NCBI GenBank assembly: GCA_965207445.1
Contig: CBDBLX010000002.1
Span: forward strand, 1,175,849 to 1,239,848
Length of the DNA stretch: 64,000 nucleotides
Reading direction: 5' to 3'
From: Nitrosopumilus sp.
Lineage (GTDB): Archaea; Thermoproteota; Nitrososphaeria; Nitrososphaerales; Nitrosopumilaceae
This document shows, piece after piece, positions 35,618 to 46,590 of this stretch. The position numbers and the translations under genes were made by a program. The notes below the pieces were generated by a model, which saw only the letters and a program-made list of their open reading frames with translations, searched no databases and was not told where the DNA came from. Positions within the stretch are counted from its first letter, which is position 1, and each line of letters opens with the position of its first letter.

Positions 35618-37289
35618 GTGGTTGGTGCGTAATTCATCAAATCGCCACTTGCATCGTACTTGCAAAATCATCTGCAAATATCGCCAGAGTTTTATGTACA
35701 TATATTTAATAAGCTCATATATAAAAGTATATGCGCGCATACCAAAAGTTACTTATAGGGGCATCCCAAATGAATAATTGTAATGTCACCAAAGGGGATG
35801 CTAAACAACGTTGACTAGCCAATGTTATCAACGTATCGTTTGTGAAGTGTGGTGGAACGACGACATATGGTGGGTTGCCACAACATGCTATACTACACAG
35901 AATGTCGCCCATTACAATGCATGGTTTGTGATGAATGTGGCGCCTGCTTGTTGTTTGTGTAAATTTAGTGTGTGGGTTTCAAATAAGAACAAATCAAGGA
36001 GGCAGACCGTACAGTGACAGAGCAACACAAGCGACGCGAAGGTTACTGGCAGTATTACGAACAGGCACGCAAATCTGAGCCGGATTTTATGCGCAAGACC
36101 TTGCTGTCGGCGATACGAAAAAACCCACATCCGTGCAAGGAAAAGAAGACAAATAGAGGATGCAAGCCCGTACACTCGCGTGACAAGATGGATTTTTTGT
36201 GTCTTTTAAAAGTTGCAAAAAATATTCCTTTTCGTGATGTGGTAAATGAGCTTGGACATATGCATGATGAATGGGTTGACGAGACGAAGCCTGATTATAG
36301 TTGGGTAACCAAACATATGCAAACAATTGATCTCGACTGGCTTGATTCTATTTTAGCATATACTGCCAATATGTGTCTAGATGAACTTGAAAAATCTGGG
36401 ACAGATCCGGTACCGATAAAAGGTAAAGAGACCATACTTACGCACGGATCCGAGGATTTTGAGAGCGGTAAACAAGACGTAAAAAAAGGACCTACCGCTC
36501 CGATTGGGATAGACAGTAGTGGGGTAGAGACTGATAGGTACGAAAAACAAGAAAGACCTAATCATGTACTACAAGACTTTGAGCCGACACGCGTCAAGAC
36601 GTACCTAAAATATCACATTACTTCGATAACCGGACACCAGATCATACTTGCATCATACACAACTCCAAGCAATGTGAGTGACACGTCAATGCTTCCATAT
36701 ATGGTCAGCTTTCTCACAAAAAACTATACACGTATTGAAGAACGCTTATTCAACGGAGACAAGGGATACGACTCGGATCAAAACTGCGAGATAATATTCA
36801 ATGCAAACATGAAACCGAACATAAAGCAGCGCAATCATACAGATGGTGCAGGTCATACAAACCGTGGCAAACCAAGCAGAAAAAAGGCAGCGGAGATCTT
36901 TGACCAAGATGCATACAAACAACGCGCACTTATCGAGGCAATATTTGGAGCAGAAGAAACAAAGAATCACAGGCTACACTGTCGTATGCGTCTGGCCGAA
37001 AACAGAAAACGGTTTGGCAAAATACTATCGATTGCATGGAACATCAACGTCCTGAACAGATTTATCTGCGCTCATGAAAAAGGGCAAAAGATTCCATCAT
37101 ACGAATGATAGTGACTGCTATCACACTTGCACGTTTTATGTTCTATAATCTGTCTGCTAAAACACACATGCATATTCAAAAACGAAACGCACTATAGATA
37201 GGTTTCAGTCTTTTGTAGATTGAATGTGCAATAAACCAAGCTCACAGAAGGGTCACAGGCAGGCCTAATGTCAATTACGCACCAACCTC
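35618..37289 (+). mobile_element. IS4/IS5-type (DDE_Tnp_1) IS
   Basis: TIR G(T/A)GGTTGGTGCGTAATT; 9-bp TSD GGTGTAACC (or 7 bp if the ends are extended by one base). Confidence 0.92.
36014..37108 (+). CDS. DDE transposase
   Basis: IDSSG, KYH, GDKGYD, YKQRALIEAIFG. Confidence 0.9.
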   Translation: MTEQHKRREGYWQYYEQARKSEPDFMRKTLLSAIRKNPHPCKEKKTNRGCKPVHSRDKMDFLCLLKVAKNIPFRDVVNELGHMHDEWVDETKPDYSWVTKHMQTIDLDWLDSILAYTANMCLDELEKSGTDPVPIKGKETILTHGSEDFESGKQDVKKGPTAPIGIDSSGVETDRYEKQERPNHVLQDFEPTRVKTYLKYHITSITGHQIILASYTTPSNVSDTSMLPYMVSFLTKNYTRIEERLFNGDKGYDSDQNCEIIFNANMKPNIKQRNHTDGAGHTNRGKPSRKKAAEIFDQDAYKQRALIEAIFGAEETKNHRLHCRMRLAENRKRFGKILSIAWNINVLNRFICAHEKGQKIPSYE

Positions 37290-37505
37290 GGTGTAACCAC
37301 AATGATATCCTTGCCGACGGGTACATCCCTCAATAAATCATGAATCTCTACTGTAGTTTTGTACTTGTTTGAAATGTGGTTTAGGACAACCATTAGGTCT
37401 ACATCACTTGATTCATCTGTGTTTCCTCGTGCTTGGGAACCAAAAAGTATTATTTGACTTGGATGAAATCGCTCCACGATACGATCGACCATGACTGGTA
37501 TAAGT

Positions 37506-38045
37506 TCAGCGGTTGTCATATTGTTTCATTCCCTCAGATGATGGTGTCAATATATTATATCTTGAAAGTTTGGAGATCTCAGGCCTGCTCTGAACCAGCG
37601 CGTTGTAATACTGGGACTCTTGCGCATAATTCTTTTGCTTGCACATGTAATAGAGTCGATATGCCCGTTCTCTGGCACTCGTTGCATCAGAACCAAGTTT
37701 GGTCATTAGGTCTGCGGCCATGACTTTGCCCTTTTCAAGCACACGTGTCATATGGTGTGTAGCCTCCCATATCGTAAATCTCTTGTCCTGTCTGGGATCC
37801 CAATCTTTTGGCAGCTCTGCTAATAGACGTGTACCTTTTTGCCCTGTATCCGGTATCTTGTAGGTAAGATCTATTGTAGTGCTGCCAAACCACTTGACTG
37901 CTATGACTTCTACAGGACCATCTGATGATACCTCATTAACATATACGCCGACAGTCAGTTCTTCTAATCTTACCATACATATCATTGTCGGCATTCTACA
38001 TATTATTTCTTTGTCTATACTAATAGGAGGTACAAAGTAATTCAT
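37506..38045 (-). pseudogene. Chimeric remnant, copy 2
   Basis: MVRLEELTVG...VKWFG...LTYK joined to LPKDWDP..D.R.TIWEATHH...AR..AYRLY...YNALV.S.PEI. Confidence 0.6.
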
Positions 38046-39352
38046 TTGAGTCCATCTAAAATCAAGATCATATATTATGAATATTTTGTAAATTAATTGA
38101 TCAATAAAAAATGAACAGGTATACTATGTGTCCTAGTTTACTTTCTGCCATTACTAATAGAATCTGCAACCACAATGATTTGAGGTCACTTTAGAACCTC
38201 GAATTTTTAATCTGCATGATCGATTGAGTCAAAACTACTGGCATCATATCCGGAGATGGCGGGACTGTTGGCCGAATACAACTGCAGATGGCGGGACTGC
38301 TGCCACGACGACAACAGAACCCAGACAGTAAGCATGTCTTTATCACTTGAATGAAAACAATGAGGAAGAAACCACTCTGGCTGAATTGAGTAGTTGTCAA
38401 CTGAGCCACGAATTGGCAGAGGCGCACGACATACTTGTCGACAGGCACGAATTCAAGTTCCAGTATACGACTCTCTTTGCACTCTCATCTCGTACCATAA
38501 TCTGAGTGGAAATCTTGTGTACATGATCCATACTATTCATTACATATGAACCATGTAAGTCAATAGAGGCCAACATAATCTGGGCGGAAATCTCATGTAC
38601 ACGGTCCATGCTATACCACCACACGGAGAGGGAATAGTTGATCTACTGGCCGGCAACATGGGATACAAGTTTGCAGTGGCCGACAAACCATCGACGGCTA
38701 CGATAGAGACGCTATTACAATTGCCCCCTGTACTGATGATGCTGGCCGTTAGAGGCTATACACAGATCATCTGCTCGACATAGCAGTGTAGACCAAAGCG
38801 TTTGTGGACTTGATGATAAAATCATCCGCGCATAATATCCTCATGTTAAATAATCGAACTATGATAAATTCTGAAGAATATGCTGCGCCTCGGCACGGTG
38901 GACATTGAGGATGTAAGGAGGTATGCAAGAACCGGCAAATGCACAAAGAAACTCGATTTACTTTTTAAAGCAAAGCCCAATCATAATAGCCTTAGCTAAC
39001 ATCTGGTAAATGCACCAAGAATCTCGATTTACTTCTTCAAGAGAGTTCAATGTAGTTGTGATGACAAAACAGCGTCACTTTGCTGACTTTTTTAGAATCT
39101 CAAAAACTCCAAGAGATAAAGGAGGAATATGACTTTGATCCTACTTTCTATATGTAGAGATACTCACAAGTTTTAGCGCAGATTAAAGTCACGAATCAAT
39201 TCTAAATAACTTGTGATCATTTTTAATATCTATTCGGCATGTCCACAAGTGTGGCGCGTAACTTTCCCTCCAAGGAGAAAAGTCAAAAATATGCCCATTT
39301 TTAGTTACATTATATAAAAAATTGAGCTTGTCTTGTTGTTAATTTAAAAGCT

Positions 39353-39580
39353 TTAATCAAATTCTGGAACAAAACTGCCTGCTTGCTCTGAATCGAGGGC
39401 TCCAAATACTATGCCTGACACTACATATATTGCCAATAGTGCTACTCCTAACAAAAGACAGTTTTTGGCCTTTGCAGGATCTTCATGTCGAAGCACAAAA
39501 TATGCGATAACACCGCCTGCAAGATTCAAGAATATCGGTAACAGAAACCACCACCGACTTCGAGTCTTTTCAATCTGCAT
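39353..39580 (-). CDS. Small 2-TM membrane protein
   Basis: RSRWWFLLPIF....GGVIAYF.LR..DP.KAKNCL. Confidence 0.8.
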   Translation of the reverse strand: MQIEKTRSRWWFLLPIFLNLAGGVIAYFVLRHEDPAKAKNCLLLGVALLAIYVVSGIVFGALDSEQAGSFVPEFD

Positions 39581-39633
39581 GTATATTGTTGGCGTATTTT
39601 GCTTTTAAGACTTGGTATGAATAGATATTTTTG

Positions 39634-40150
39634 GTAACTATTTTGCTTTTTAAAGCGCACACACACAAGGTAAAAAACCATGCGCATTTTTCTGATCATA
39701 ATGATCTCGGCATTATACATTCATATATAAACAAGTGGCAATAATAACGCGCAACTGATTATAATATGCAGATGGGCACAAACGATTCTGTAGTTTTTAG
39801 CCGGGTTTGCATGCCTTGCACAGCATATCCCAAAAGATCTCACCTCTGATCTTACCGGTTGCAAGTAGTGTGAATAATATTGAGTTGGCCTCCATACCAT
39901 GAGACGTTCTGTTTTCACCATCATTACAATCATTTTTTATGGATACAAATACTCGATTAGTTCATTCAACGTCATTGTTGTCTGGCCGCACACCCTTTAT
40001 GTGTAAAAAGGTATTCATGTTGTATCCTTTGCGTCTCCATCTCTCTCTTTTTTGAATCTGTTTATTATGCCTTTTTTGTCACTTGTCCAATCTTTTCCTT
40101 TGTCCAATCTTTATTCATTAATTGGGTAGTTGGCTGTCCAAAGAATATGC
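39634..40150 (-). mobile_element. Remnant of a second IS66-like family (end GTAACTATTTTGCTTTT); right limit approximate
   Basis: First ~140 bp match 48690-48830. Confidence 0.6.
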
Positions 40151-40223
40151 GGCCACTTGTCGTGTGTGAGGATCGTCCCGCCCCACACGCTAATATAAAT
40201 AGCAGCAACGTCCGGTACGCGTC

Positions 40224-41711
40224 ATGACACGGCGCCAACGTATGACAAAGGCATCATCTGATAAAACTGGACAGAAATCCTCGCGTCTGAACATGGTGAT
40301 GGACATACGCGACTTTGGCCCCATAGCAAAAGCGTCAATCTCCCTCAAACCGCTTACCATATTTTGTGGCCCAAACAACTCGGGCAAATCCTATGCTGCG
40401 TTACTCTTACACTCCATCGTGTTGACATGCGCCCGGACTAGAAAGCGCGATCCATCCTTCTTCTCTTATGCGCCCCACCATTACGCGTCATACGACGTAA
40501 AGGGTATGATGGACAAGATGTCCAGATTAATCAATGCCAGAAAAGACGCGCAGATACCGGGAGACATAATCGATGCGATGGTCCGTGAGCATTTGGAGTC
40601 AGACGCCAAAATCATAAACCTCGAAATTGAGCGCAATTTCGGTGATACCCGTGACAAACTGATCCGAACGGGAAAAAGATCGTTTTTCGTGAAGATCGCC
40701 GTCAATGACGGAGTTGAGATTTGCATACACAGCAAGAAGAGTACAACTGTAAATTACCCCAAGATCCAGTTCAAGCGAGGTATAACGTTCAAAGATACAA
40801 GGCGCGGGCAGACTATTTCCATAGACGATAACTCGGATACATCCTCGTTGATTAGAGTTGATACCGCCGAATCCCCGGAGGAACAAGCACTAGACGTGAC
40901 TTATCATCTCAGATTTGCCATATCAAAGTACATGGATTACAAGCTGCCGTCAGCCTCGTTCTATATTCCTGCCGCAAGATCGGGCATTTTGCAAGGACAC
41001 CGGGCAATTACCTCGGGCATCGTCACCAATGCGACGTACGCGGGAGTAAAAGGAATGGAAATTCCCACAATGCCCGGAGCCATATCTGACTTTATATCGT
41101 CAATCATTGAAATGCCACCTTCCACGGGCCCGTTCAGTGACATTGCAAGCAGCCTCGAAGAGACCATACTGGATGGCAGGATCGGCCACACCACCGATGC
41201 CCGAACTCGGTTCCCTACGATTACGTATGATCACAACGACAGCGCGATGTCATTGCACCGGACATCGTCTACGGTGTCCGAGCTTGCAACCTTGGTTCTG
41301 TACCTCAAACACGTGGTCCGCGAGGGTGACCTTGTCATACTCGAGGAACCGGAGGCGCACCTGCATCCAGAGGCGCAGATGGTTCTGGCTCACCACATAG
41401 TAAAGATGATACGGAAGGGACTCAACGTGCTGATTACGACGCACAGTTTTTTCGTACAGAGCATACTGAGCCAATTCTTAATGAGCGGCAAGGACAACGC
41501 GGACACAAGCAAGAAACTCGGTTTTGACAGGGACGACTACCTGCTGGAGAATGAGGTGGCTCCCTATACCTTTGCAGTCTCAGACAAGGGCGGCAGCATC
41601 GCAAAACCCACAAAATTCTCCGCTGACAGCGGAATATCCCTAGATGAGTTCGTAAAAGTGATTGAAAAGATGCACCACAGGCGGATAATCATAGAACAGA
41701 ACGCATCGTAA
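40224..41711 (+). CDS. AAA_15/AAA_21-type ABC ATPase (defence/TA-associated)
   Basis: IRDFGPI, GPNNSGKS, PAARSG, ILEEPEAHLHP, ITTHS. Confidence 0.88.
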   Translation: MTRRQRMTKASSDKTGQKSSRLNMVMDIRDFGPIAKASISLKPLTIFCGPNNSGKSYAALLLHSIVLTCARTRKRDPSFFSYAPHHYASYDVKGMMDKMSRLINARKDAQIPGDIIDAMVREHLESDAKIINLEIERNFGDTRDKLIRTGKRSFFVKIAVNDGVEICIHSKKSTTVNYPKIQFKRGITFKDTRRGQTISIDDNSDTSSLIRVDTAESPEEQALDVTYHLRFAISKYMDYKLPSASFYIPAARSGILQGHRAITSGIVTNATYAGVKGMEIPTMPGAISDFISSIIEMPPSTGPFSDIASSLEETILDGRIGHTTDARTRFPTITYDHNDSAMSLHRTSSTVSELATLVLYLKHVVREGDLVILEEPEAHLHPEAQMVLAHHIVKMIRKGLNVLITTHSFFVQSILSQFLMSGKDNADTSKKLGFDRDDYLLENEVAPYTFAVSDKGGSIAKPTKFSADSGISLDEFVKVIEKMHHRRIIIEQNAS

Positions 41712-41712
41712 G

Positions 41713-41754
41713 TTTTCTACTTGTCATTTTCTTTGATCAATGACAAGTAGAAAA
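41713..41754. repeat. Perfect 16-bp inverted repeat
   Basis: TTTTCTACTTGTCATT-N10-AATGACAAGTAGAAAA. Confidence 0.85.
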
Positions 41755-42189
41755 ATATGCATTTAACATATCACAATAACAAAAGCTGATCACAGGTCAA
41801 TTAGTTGAGTAATTTTCTACCTAGATGCAAAAAATAATCAAACGTGTTTTCAACATTTTGGGCACTTTCTCACATATCGTCGTGTTTATCATTTAGATTT
41901 ACGTAAATTCGATCATAATGATGATCGGTGATCGCTATTGCTGTATCTGTATACATATTTACAAAATAGGGGTTGAATTGTTACTTTGCAAAAGTCATGT
42001 ATTGAAAATACTTGTACTAGAAACAGACCGTTTGAGTGGAATTAAGTATAATTTTAAACTTACATTTTTTTATAAGGTGACTATGAATATATGTTCTATT
42101 TGACTATTGAAAATCCATACCAGAGTACTTGATGCAAAAGTATTTTTATGAGCAGTGACACAAAACGTATTTTTTTGTACCTCTATAAT

Positions 42190-43287
42190 TCATATTGCAA
42201 GTGATATTATCCATACTGTATATACTGTCAACAACACTATACCTGCTACTAGTGGAGGTACTCTTTTATGGTTTTTAGACATCAGAACACATGATATCAC
42301 CCCTCCTGCACAAAAAGCAGACATGATTAGATAATCAAGTAACAGCAACTGTGATACCATAAGAGGTATTACAAGTGAAGCTGCACCCATGACCAAAAAC
42401 ACATTAAAAATAACACTGCCAAAGATACCTGCCACACCTATACCTAGTGCACGTCTGCGCACAGCTGCCAATATGGCTGCAAGTTCTGGTAATGACGTTC
42501 CTATTGCAATTACCGTGGCACCGATCACATATTCGGAGATACCTATACGTTCGGCAACAATTATCGCATTATCTACAGTTAGAATCGATCCAATGTATAG
42601 CATGAGTGCACCTATTACAACAAAAAACAGCACTCGATATGGTGACTGTTGGTATGTCTTTATCTGAGACATTCTTTTTGGTGTAGTTGCAGATGGTGAT
42701 GATGACGGTGATGACAGTGATGATGGTGACGGTGATGATGGTAATGACGTAAGTGTCTCTTCTTTATCATCTTCTTTATTACTACCATTACTATAACCTG
42801 CATTTTTATCAATTACAGTCTCCTGTTTACGACGCCCCTTTATTGTCATCCATAATATGATTAACATCATACACACGATCAACACAACACCATCTACAAA
42901 ACTAACTGCACCATCAATACTAACTGCAAATGTTGCTATACATGCCCCAACTGTACCTACAACCGTAACACGATCTATGTGCAGATCTTCCTTTCTTCTT
43001 ACAACAAACCCGCAACATACAAGCAACGCGCCCAATACAAGTCCAACATTTGCAACATTACTACCTACTACATTTCCTATAACAAGTTCACTTGTCCCAT
43101 ACACTGCTGCTGATATGGCAGCAGCTAACTCTGGCAACGAGGTGCCTGCAGCTATTATTGTAGCACCAATTACAGTTTCTGAGAGCCTCGCTCTTTGGGC
43201 AAGTTTGACTGCCCCTCGTATGAGAAAGTCTGCACCATACACGAGTATCACTATACCTATAGCGGCCATTAACAATTCTAGTAGCAA
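42190..43287 (-). CDS. Na+/Ca2+ exchanger (YrbG-like)
   Basis: Two GTSLPEL alpha repeats, GNVVGSN. Confidence 0.93.
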   Translation of the reverse strand: MLLELLMAAIGIVILVYGADFLIRGAVKLAQRARLSETVIGATIIAAGTSLPELAAAISAAVYGTSELVIGNVVGSNVANVGLVLGALLVCCGFVVRRKEDLHIDRVTVVGTVGACIATFAVSIDGAVSFVDGVVLIVCMMLIILWMTIKGRRKQETVIDKNAGYSNGSNKEDDKEETLTSLPSSPSPSSLSSPSSSPSATTPKRMSQIKTYQQSPYRVLFFVVIGALMLYIGSILTVDNAIIVAERIGISEYVIGATVIAIGTSLPELAAILAAVRRRALGIGVAGIFGSVIFNVFLVMGAASLVIPLMVSQLLLLDYLIMSAFCAGGVISCVLMSKNHKRVPPLVAGIVLLTVYTVWIISLAI

Positions 43288-43667
43288 TCTAATCTCTCCA
43301 ATGATTATAGGTGCAATCTATTTTCATCTTGTGTTGTATGTGTTTTATATGTGGCGTCTTGTTACAACCCTCACACTCTTCTAACTTTTCTGTTTTGATA
43401 CAATAACTTGGCATGATGTGTGTTCTGAAACATCGCAATGATATAAATTTTGGATTTTAATACTTTGTATTATATGATCACTTTTTGATATTATCCATTA
43501 ACTGGGAAATTTCATTGATTAAAAATCACATACCTTTATTTCAAAATACAAATAAAATATCGTTCTGTGTTAATTTTTACATATATTGTGTTTATACAAC
43601 TAAATGCATGGTATTGTAATGTGATATTATTATACATTATTTCTCTCACATAATCAGACTTTAATTA

Positions 43668-46058
43668 TTACACATCATTGCTCTTTGTTCGTCTTGATTG
43701 TCGCATGGCCGCAATCATGCGTTCTTTTTTAGGTCTGATGATCAGTATGTAAATTGATGCAACCACATATACCGATAACAACACAATCTGTCCAATTACA
43801 GTCTCAAGTGTTGGGTATATTCCAGTCATTGTAGCCATGTTAATATCCAGGCGCGGTATAACTCCAATCATGTTTGTGTATGGTATATAGTCAAGTATCT
43901 GAAGCTCCCGTATAGCATTTCCCAAAAATGCAATAGATAGATACGCCCCGATGCCCATTGTAAGACCAAACAAGACGCGTAGTGGTAGTCGCTTGCCCAT
44001 GAGTCGCATGATATAATATATTGCAAATAATGATCCCAACCCGATTATAAATCCAAGCCCTACATACATCTCCATATATTTAGCAAAACCAAACATTGCC
44101 TGATAAAACAGTACCGTCTCAAAACCTTCTCTATATACGGTAAAAAATGACAACATGACAAATACCATGACACTGCCAGTTGTGGTTGCTTGCCACACCT
44201 TTGCCTTTACAAACTCCATCCATTTTTTGTGCTCTATTTTATTGAGTATCCAAAAACTGACATAAAACAATACAGCAGTAGCTGATAATGCAGCAATTGC
44301 TTCAATAAGTTCGCGACTAGCTCCTGATATCTCTATTATATAAGATGCAACAAACCATGTTACAGCCGTAGCACCAATTGCAGCAATTACACCATAATGA
44401 ACAAAAGGCTTGAATCTATTATTGCGCGAGGCCTCAAGATATGTCATAATAGCTCCGAGTATCAAGACTGCCTCCAAGCCTTCTCGAAATATTATTGCAA
44501 ATGATGCAGTAAATGCAATCATTGGAGCAACTTGCCCTGTCCCAGTTACGAGTCGCTCAGACTCATCAAGATTACGGTCTATTTGTGTAACTAACGAACG
44601 TATTTCTTGTATTGGCGCTTTATGTTTTATCGCATTGCGAAGTTCAGCAAACAGATACTCTACTTCTAATGTGAAATCAGGTGCAATCGATCTCAATGGT
44701 ATCTCAACGTATTCATAACTGTCCAGATATGCTGTACGTGCAGTCGTGTATGCCGAATCATATTCACCTGACTCATAATATAATATGGTCTCTTGTAGAC
44801 TATCTCTGATAAAGTCAATCTCTGAACGAACAGCAGACTGTTCGGACTCTGTGGTGTCACCCATTGCTTTGAGATTATTTTTATCGTTTATGTCCTCTAG
44901 TGCCATATTTGATTGAGATATGGCAGAAGCAGCAGCTTGTGCACTGAGATGTTTTACAACAAGGGATTCACCATAATCTAGTTTTGGTAGTATGGTTTGA
45001 TCAAGAAACTCTATTATCATATCTGAAGATCTTTTCTGTCTTATCATATCTCGTAATTCTTCTCTCATATCTATTTCTAATCCGTACATAAATTCGGCAT
45101 CTATCTCTTCTAGTATCGGCTCTAAATACTCAAAGTTCTCCAAATATGCCTCTATTGCATACTCTTGTGCCGTTTGATAATCGCCATTATTCAATGACAT
45201 GCGCATCTCTTCGTACAGTTTGTCAATATTGTCAAAATATACCATATGATCACGTACAGAAGTTATGTCTAATCCAAGCAAGTCACGTTGTATTGCACTG
45301 ACAAGTGTTCCTACAGTCACAAAATTATCTTTTTCATTTACTGCAATAATCAATTCAGTAAAAAATGACTGTATTTCCAAATCGCGCATCACAGATAAGT
45401 TTGCGTCTTGTGAAAACATGTCTGATGCTTGTATAAACAATATACGTGATATCTCATATCCGGTATGGTTTTCTTGTGCATTGTTGTTGTCTGCATAAAG
45501 GTACTGTTCATCTGCAACGGTGAGAATGTAGACTATTGCTGTGTTTTTGTCTTTTGTAGTCTGTGTTTTATCGAATTGTTGTAGTTTATCTAATACTGTG
45601 GATATGGCATTGCGGCTCTGCTCTACGGAGACATCATGTATTGTAGTTTTGATATCAAATAATTCAAGGTGTATTTCATCTGCTGTACTATGATCTATAT
45701 TGCGAAAGGACTCGAGTCCTAGTATAAATTGCTCTAATGCAAACTCTATGGCATATTCTGCATGATGTAGTGTGTCTTGTGCATCATCAAGTGATGTGTG
45801 TGCTACTTTTAGTCCTGCATGTACGGGGTAAAATGAGATGGGGGTGAAATGATTCTGATTGTTGTTATCATTATCCTTGCCATCTGCTGTGTTCTGTACT
45901 GTATCTGTTTGTGCAAAAACTACTATTGGCAATAAATTATCATCATAAGAAAAACCTGCAACAAGTACAACAAAAGTAAACAATACAAACGTTTTCATAA
46001 ATCTCAAAGAACCATACATGCATCTAGACTCGATGATTTTTAAACATCTCAATGCCAA
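43668..46058 (-). CDS. FTR1-family iron permease with large extracellular domain (start probably 45998)
   Basis: REGLE and REGFE motifs; AYL.N/S.EY.E helical repeats. Confidence 0.93.
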   Translation of the reverse strand: MALRCLKIIESRCMYGSLRFMKTFVLFTFVVLVAGFSYDDNLLPIVVFAQTDTVQNTADGKDNDNNNQNHFTPISFYPVHAGLKVAHTSLDDAQDTLHHAEYAIEFALEQFILGLESFRNIDHSTADEIHLELFDIKTTIHDVSVEQSRNAISTVLDKLQQFDKTQTTKDKNTAIVYILTVADEQYLYADNNNAQENHTGYEISRILFIQASDMFSQDANLSVMRDLEIQSFFTELIIAVNEKDNFVTVGTLVSAIQRDLLGLDITSVRDHMVYFDNIDKLYEEMRMSLNNGDYQTAQEYAIEAYLENFEYLEPILEEIDAEFMYGLEIDMREELRDMIRQKRSSDMIIEFLDQTILPKLDYGESLVVKHLSAQAAASAISQSNMALEDINDKNNLKAMGDTTESEQSAVRSEIDFIRDSLQETILYYESGEYDSAYTTARTAYLDSYEYVEIPLRSIAPDFTLEVEYLFAELRNAIKHKAPIQEIRSLVTQIDRNLDESERLVTGTGQVAPMIAFTASFAIIFREGLEAVLILGAIMTYLEASRNNRFKPFVHYGVIAAIGATAVTWFVASYIIEISGASRELIEAIAALSATAVLFYVSFWILNKIEHKKWMEFVKAKVWQATTTGSVMVFVMLSFFTVYREGFETVLFYQAMFGFAKYMEMYVGLGFIIGLGSLFAIYYIMRLMGKRLPLRVLFGLTMGIGAYLSIAFLGNAIRELQILDYIPYTNMIGVIPRLDINMATMTGIYPTLETVIGQIVLLSVYVVASIYILIIRPKKERMIAAMRQSRRTKSNDV

Positions 46059-46263
46059 TGTGTTTCTATCAGATCCATTTAAACCCGAATATTATTACAA
46101 AGTTTTAGATTTTTAGCATGTACTTGTCTTCTTTTTGATGAGGATGGATTTTAGCCTTTAATTTTGTGACGCTTTTCTCCAAAAATTTTAATTCAATTCT
46201 GTATAATGTCTTGTACTCTTTTGGAGCAAGGTAATTCACTTTGTAGAGCGCATTTCAAAAATC

Positions 46264-46412
46264 GTGTGAACCGAGATCTTTGGACATAATAATGAAACCA
46301 TATACTTGTATTTGGTCACATTCCTGCCTGCATATTGAGTACCGTACATGCGATACATTTGGCTAGAAGTTATTTTTGAATGATCATATAAGTCATGGAG
46401 GTTGGTTCACAC
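46264..46412. mobile_element. 149-bp MITE, GTGTGAACC family
   Basis: TIR GTGTGAACC/GGTTCACAC; 8-bp TSD CAAAAATC. Confidence 0.9.
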
Positions 46413-46462
46413 CAAAAATCTAATAGCTATGTGTCATTTGAGTTTACAAGAGAACTGGTGAC

Positions 46463-46543
46463 GTAACCGTTCAACCCCCATATCTGCACCAGATATTAGG
46501 CGGCGAATATGTGCCTAAATTTGGGAAGAGGTTGAACGGTTAC
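46463..46543 (-). mobile_element. 81-bp IS66-type MITE
   Basis: Perfect GTAACCGTTCAACC/GGTTGAACGGTTAC ends. Confidence 0.92.
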
Positions 46544-46590
46544 GAATAGTACATCTATAGATTTTTATAGTATGTTGGAGTCGCAGTTGT

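Larger units (their letters stand above)
35524..37519 (-). pseudogene. Second MNT gene interrupted by an IS
   Basis: ...DIIVVTP at 37290 continues as EEIEREGDVIGTITYEALQDG below 35608. Confidence 0.88.

Noticed and set aside
38191..39110. Possible decayed transposase
   Set aside because: Only faint motif traces; family and ends cannot be supported
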